64,000 nucleotides of DNA, taken from contig CAYFYB010000004.1 of NCBI GenBank assembly GCA_964347345.1, positions 4,681 to 68,680 on the forward strand. The letters are read 5' to 3'. Shown here in pieces: positions 61,301 through 64,000 of this stretch. The notes beneath the pieces were generated by a model. The model worked only from the letters and a program-made list of their open reading frames with translations, had not been told where the DNA came from and made no database searches. The first letter of the stretch is position 1; each line of letters opens with the position of its first letter. The position numbers and the translations under genes were made by a program. This DNA comes from an uncultured Methanomassiliicoccales archaeon. GTDB lineage: Archaea > Thermoplasmatota > Thermoplasmata > RBG-16-68-12 > JAJISG01.

Positions 61301-62433
61301 ACGAGGCCATGGAGGCGCTGAATCGAGCCTCCAGGGGCTCCACCCCATCCAGGGAAATCTGGCTCCGCCTCTCCTCTCTTCACCGAAATATGGAGCAGCC
61401 GGAAGCCGCCCTCGCGGCTTTTGACCAGGCTCTGGAGCTCGACCCAAGGGACCCTGGTCTCTGGAAGGAGCGAGCCCGGCTCTGCGAGTCCCTTGGGCGC
61501 TGGAAAGACGCCATTCACTCGTACAACGTCGCCCTTGAGGTGAGCCCGAAGGATATTGAATGCCTCTGCGCCATGGGCGGCGCTTATCTGGAACTGGGAG
61601 TGTATGAGAAGGCCCGGGACTCCTATCAAATGGCCCTATCTCTAAACCCCACCTCAGAGGAGGCCCTGAGAGGGAGCAAGAAGGTGCAGGAGAGGCGGCG
61701 GGAGGAGAGAGTCGAGAGTTACGTCTGGCGAGTAATCGAGTTTGAAGCCGTAAACGCACGACCTGCCGGAAAGGAGGAGATATTCAAGTACTGTAACATC
61801 CCCGTGGACCTACTGGATGACGTCGCCGAATACGTGAACGACCCGGAACCTTTGGACATTCTATCTCTCCCCGAGGGAGAGCTGAGGCGTCTGGAGATGC
61901 TCTCGAGGGATGTCTTCTCAATGACCTCAGATGAGGCCGTTGGCCTGCCCCGCTTGTCGCAGGTCGTGCAAGCTTGCCCACACTTGGAGTTGCACGAGGC
62001 GAGAAGAATCCTGGGCTACGTCAAGGGCGTGTTCGATCAGGAACCATCGGGGGAGCAGACTCCGGGCATGGATCGTCTCATGAGGCTGGCCCTTGAACTC
62101 CCGAGAGCCCAATGGAATGCTGTCTCACTGGCAAGGAACCTAAGGATAGGAGCCTCCCAGGCCAAGAGACTCGAGGGGGCACTGTACATCTTCGAGCCTG
62201 ATAGCGCGCTCGAGAGGGCAGAGCATCAGCCGCCCCCTGAACCCCCTTCGAGGATGGGCGATAGAGTCTGCAGGAAGCATCGAGCTGCAGGCATATACCA
62301 GCACTTCTGCGGTCAGTACCTCTGCAGCGCCTGCATCGTTGGAGGGAGGTGTCCAGTGTGTCGTCATCCCGTCTCTGGCTCCGTCGGAGGGTTTGGGGAG
62401 ACGGGCCATGATATGCGCAGGGACAGCCTTTAG
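58390..62433 (+). CDS. 1347-aa TPR-repeat protein with helical C-terminal modules and a terminal B-box/RING-like Cys/His zinc finger
   Basis: Nearly continuous TPR-like 34-aa helical hairpins from about aa 90 to about 1130 ('AIECFDRALGLKEEGKYW', 'ALLAYNEALALSPGDLAAL', 'AIHSYNVALEVSPKDIECL'). C-terminus is 'CRKHRAAGIYQHFCGQYLCSACIVGGRCPVCRH' (nt 62269-62367). Confidence 0.85.
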   Translation: MGMPIRGHQQTDFSLARVRKHLRKAVRNLKRGLRDDARESLRRAVEHIPESVETFSPDFVRVVLWASEVAHELDGSNRLAGLLRSYLSERPGHREAWLSLVSLLNASERAEEAIIACEEAIDAIPEAQDLLVLKGELLSRAGKKEEAIEVLWQVASGGGPWPRAWKALKELEGPSSRLFLLKGTRLYRDGDLSGSMGAFDRAIKEDPRCVDSLKGKARILLEQADWEGAYGCINTAIEVKSTRSDLWEMKAKAEERLGHADEAIRSLQVSIRYQADNVTAMKDLGRLLLQEGKHEEAISVYEEAGEAASSDTDLLEGWRTCLKALGRWEEYREACQKLMELHPERQDLILDEAESWIRSGNKEQALELLEEVLRNEMDPEALRKTAALATEARLWRTALEASQRMLRRSHRDHLGLRCKAFALIGLDRKEEALKALTKGAKLYGDLELLRTKKDTLRSMGRWKDLFHCCEDIVTLDPKDAATYVEMAEAAADLGKNRLALHVCDRGLKAVPGTVHLMLLKAEILYESRRSGEALGVYGEILGIQNANFEAQKGVASCLYELRSFAEAEEAFEKALHIRDDHECWYYRGQSLQELGRGKEAIECFDRALGLKEEGKYWMARGRALLQAERLHDALYSFERVLDAEPQEDSARLKKAECLMRLGEYEQALRSLDETTNRHGEDWDYIHARIQCLEELDRKRDAYQASITLTHAYEKNSQAWTVRAAAAANLGLTTEALECLEEASKLSPSDPEPRLMEAKLLLSMENYYEALQACSEVTATDRGNLEAVVIRGDAFTGLNRHEDALLAYNEALALSPGDLAALRGRAMSLARTKRMEEALRSIEALLTKLPHDPWSHYWKSQVLAEGGNWEEALRSLNQALYYGGSNPVILAQKGVALMHLQRSDEGLRFVEDALSHHPDEIPLITAKASLLLALEKQQEALQFVEAALVGKEKEKEIWLLKAEALEALQRWDEAMEALNRASRGSTPSREIWLRLSSLHRNMEQPEAALAAFDQALELDPRDPGLWKERARLCESLGRWKDAIHSYNVALEVSPKDIECLCAMGGAYLELGVYEKARDSYQMALSLNPTSEEALRGSKKVQERRREERVESYVWRVIEFEAVNARPAGKEEIFKYCNIPVDLLDDVAEYVNDPEPLDILSLPEGELRRLEMLSRDVFSMTSDEAVGLPRLSQVVQACPHLELHEARRILGYVKGVFDQEPSGEQTPGMDRLMRLALELPRAQWNAVSLARNLRIGASQAKRLEGALYIFEPDSALERAEHQPPPEPPSRMGDRVCRKHRAAGIYQHFCGQYLCSACIVGGRCPVCRHPVSGSVGGFGETGHDMRRDSL

Positions 62434-63056
62434 ACCGTGGATTCTCCCGTCTGAAAGATCCACCTGTCCCTCTCCATCACCAGCCTTCTCAAGAACTCCA
62501 GGGCCTCGACCTCCGAGAGCTTCAGGAAGGCGGCGCCGACGTGCTTGCAGAACAAGCCTCCTGCGGAGCGCCTCTCCCAGTCGGGGCAGCTGTGGACGAT
62601 TCTCTTGTCCCCAAGGTCCAGCCTGACTGAATACCCCTTCACGTCCCCCTTGATCATGTCCCCTTTCCTGGACACCGACACCTCAGAGATTTTCAGGGCC
62701 CGCTTCAGCCTGTCCCTCCCCAGGAAGAAGGTGAGGAGGTCCTCCAGGCCCATGTCCTCCAGGTCTTTGTCGAAGGGTACCCGTCGGTCCTCCAGGCTCC
62801 TCCCTTCCACAACACCGAACTTCAGGAGGGCCTGGCCAATCCTCCAGTCTATATACTGCTGTTCCTCGTCCGTGTACTTCACGCGGTTCTCCGGTTTGTC
62901 AAAGTATCTTCGAGCTGCTCTCGCGTGAAAGGGTGTGTGGACAGGGTACTTCCAGTTGGCGGGATCGGCGTAGTGCTTAGGATCCCTGGGATAGCCCTCC
63001 GGCGGGCCTTCACGACCGTCAGGCTTGCGCTCCGGGACCTTCCCCACGGTCATCAT
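62430..63056 (-). CDS. SWIM-type zinc-finger protein with N-terminal 'KYPVHTPFHARAARRYF' module
   Basis: 208 aa. 'HSCPDWERRSAGGLFCKHVGAAF' (nt about 62541-62594) is SWIM-like (CxC/HxC...CxH). TATA 'CCTACATATTCTC' on the minus strand is about 23 nt upstream of the ATG. The stop overlaps the stop of the TPR gene. Confidence 0.65.
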   Translation of the reverse strand: MMTVGKVPERKPDGREGPPEGYPRDPKHYADPANWKYPVHTPFHARAARRYFDKPENRVKYTDEEQQYIDWRIGQALLKFGVVEGRSLEDRRVPFDKDLEDMGLEDLLTFFLGRDRLKRALKISEVSVSRKGDMIKGDVKGYSVRLDLGDKRIVHSCPDWERRSAGGLFCKHVGAAFLKLSEVEALEFLRRLVMERDRWIFQTGESTV

Positions 63057-63149
63057 AACCTGATTGACACCAGAGAATATGTAGGTTGGGCCGGTCCTGG
63101 CTCTCTGACGGAAGCATCTTGCCCCAAGGAGGCTCGATGGAGTCCTACC

Positions 63150-64000
63150 TCACCCGTGGCCCAAGATCTCACGAGCTATGACCAGCCTCTGAATCTCGCT
63201 GGTTCCCTCCCCGATCTCGCAGAGCTTGGCGTCCCTGAACATCCTCTCCACCGGGTAATCCTTGATGAACCCATATCCTCCGTGGATCTGCAGGGCCTTG
63301 GTGGTCACCTTCATGGCGGTCTCGGATGCATACAGCTTTGCCATGGAGGCCTCCTTCTTGTAGCGGAGGCCGGCGTCCTTGAGGTGGGCCGCTCGATAGA
63401 CCAGGAGGCGGGTGGCCTCAATATGGGTCGCCATGTCTGCCAGCATGAACTGGATGGCCTGAAAGTTGGAGATGGGCTGTCCGAACTGCTCTCGCTCCTG
63501 GGAGTAGACCATGGCCTCGTCCAGGGCACCCTGGGCTATGCCCAGGGCCATGGCGGCGATGCTGATCCGGCCTCCATCCAGAATGGCGAGGGCGTCCCCA
63601 TAACCCTGATTCATCTCGCCAAGGAGACTCTCCTCAGGCAGTCGGCAATCCTCCAGAATGACCTGAGAGGTGGCGGAGGCTCGAACGCCCAGCTTGTCCT
63701 CCTCCTTACCAACGGCGAGCCCGGGAGTCCCCTTCTCTGCGACGAAGGCGCTTATGCCCCTGGAGCCCTTGGACGGTTCTGTCATGGCCATGATGACGAG
63801 GACGTCGGCGTGAGGGGCGTTGGTGCAGAAGTTCTTGACGCCCTTGAGAACCCATTGGTTGCCCTCTCTGACGGCCCTCGACCGCATTGCGGAGGCATCT
63901 GAGCCCGACCATGGCTCCGTGAGGGCCCATGCTCCAATGAACTCCCCCGTGGACAGCTTGGGCAGATAGGCCCTCTTCTGCTCATCGTTCCCAGCCAGCA
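63150..64000 (-). CDS. Acyl-CoA dehydrogenase (C-terminal about 280 aa; N-terminus beyond the right window edge)
   Basis: The reading frame stays open upstream of the track ATG (63887) to the window end ('...[29 protein letters not shown]'). '[43 protein letters not shown]' is the ACAD C-terminal signature. Confidence 0.85.
   Translation of the reverse strand, partial: LAGNDEQKRAYLPKLSTGEFIGAWALTEPWSGSDASAMRSRAVREGNQWVLKGVKNFCTNAPHADVLVIMAMTEPSKGSRGISAFVAEKGTPGLAVGKEEDKLGVRASATSQVILEDCRLPEESLLGEMNQGYGDALAILDGGRISIAAMALGIAQGALDEAMVYSQEREQFGQPISNFQAIQFMLADMATHIEATRLLVYRAAHLKDAGLRYKKEASMAKLYASETAMKVTTKALQIHGGYGFIKDYPVERMFRDAKLCEIGEGTSEIQRLVIAREILGHG

Noticed and set aside
60334-61629. 431-aa minus-strand ORF (and 58413..59030, 61265..61759)
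   Set aside because: It is antisense to the 1347-aa TPR gene, whose frame shows regular TPR periodicity. The antisense products are Pro/Gly/Arg/Leu-rich with no motif.
62327-62337. 11-nt identity (GCGCCTGCATC) with the 3' end of tRNA-Gly (57801-57811), considered as attL/attR of an integrated element spanning the TPR gene
   Set aside because: An 11-mer match to any part of a tRNA 3' half is within chance expectation in 64 kb. It lies inside the zinc-finger codons (CSACIV). I recognised no integrase or other mobile-element gene between the two copies.
62925-63902. 325-aa plus-strand ORF
   Set aside because: It is antisense to the acyl-CoA dehydrogenase gene, which has clear ACAD signatures on the minus strand. 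It is a shadow ORF. The same reasoning applies to 48218..49051 (antisense to mtaD), 45239..46111 (antisense to trxB), 37591..38340 (antisense to korA/korB), 18392..19147 and 19799..20506 (antisense to the BNR/Kelch gene).

Overview
GC-rich archaeal chromosomal segment. Archaeal hallmarks read directly from the sequence: two intron-containing tRNAs with bulge-helix-bulge geometry, class I LysRS, PurP, ArcS, DtdA, Hel308, Cgi121, PAC2, and A/T-rich TATA boxes about 25-30 nt upstream of many start codons, which implies largely leaderless mRNAs. Gene content plus two giant Asp-rich or BNR/Kelch surface proteins suggest an uncultured Thermoplasmatota-like euryarchaeon, but that is inference only.

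I can support about 55 protein genes and 2 tRNAs, tightly packed, with many 4-nt start/stop overlaps. Most are housekeeping:
- pyrD-pyrK
- lysK
- purP
- gdhA
- korAB
- trxB
- MTA/purine salvage genes hpt-mtaD-mtnP
- base-excision-repair genes udg-nudix-polX
- arcS

I saw no CRISPR array, rRNA, transposase or recognisable integrase.

Parts that deserve a second look:
1. A 1347-aa all-TPR protein ending in a B-box/RING-like Cys/His finger, convergent with a SWIM-finger protein.
2. A DUF835 protein, a small ORF and a wHTH-STAND(P-loop)-TPR protein in a row.
3. A GvpD-like double RecA/KaiC ATPase with no gas-vesicle genes. It sits next to one of two paralogous wHTH regulators that share an upstream DNA motif and bracket a TrxB / GAF(fRMsr-like) / Rieske cluster.
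4. A four-gene operon of two TM-only MgtE-like proteins plus two PhoU/TrkA-C proteins.
5. An operon of alkyl-DHAP-synthase-like FAD oxidase, glycerol-3-phosphate dehydrogenase and lipid kinase.
6. Two giant surface proteins of 2130 aa and 1426 aa.
7. Several unannotated small ORFs behind good TATA boxes, and a ~530-nt unexplained stretch next to tRNA-Gly.

All functional calls come from motif and family recognition by eye. No database search was run.
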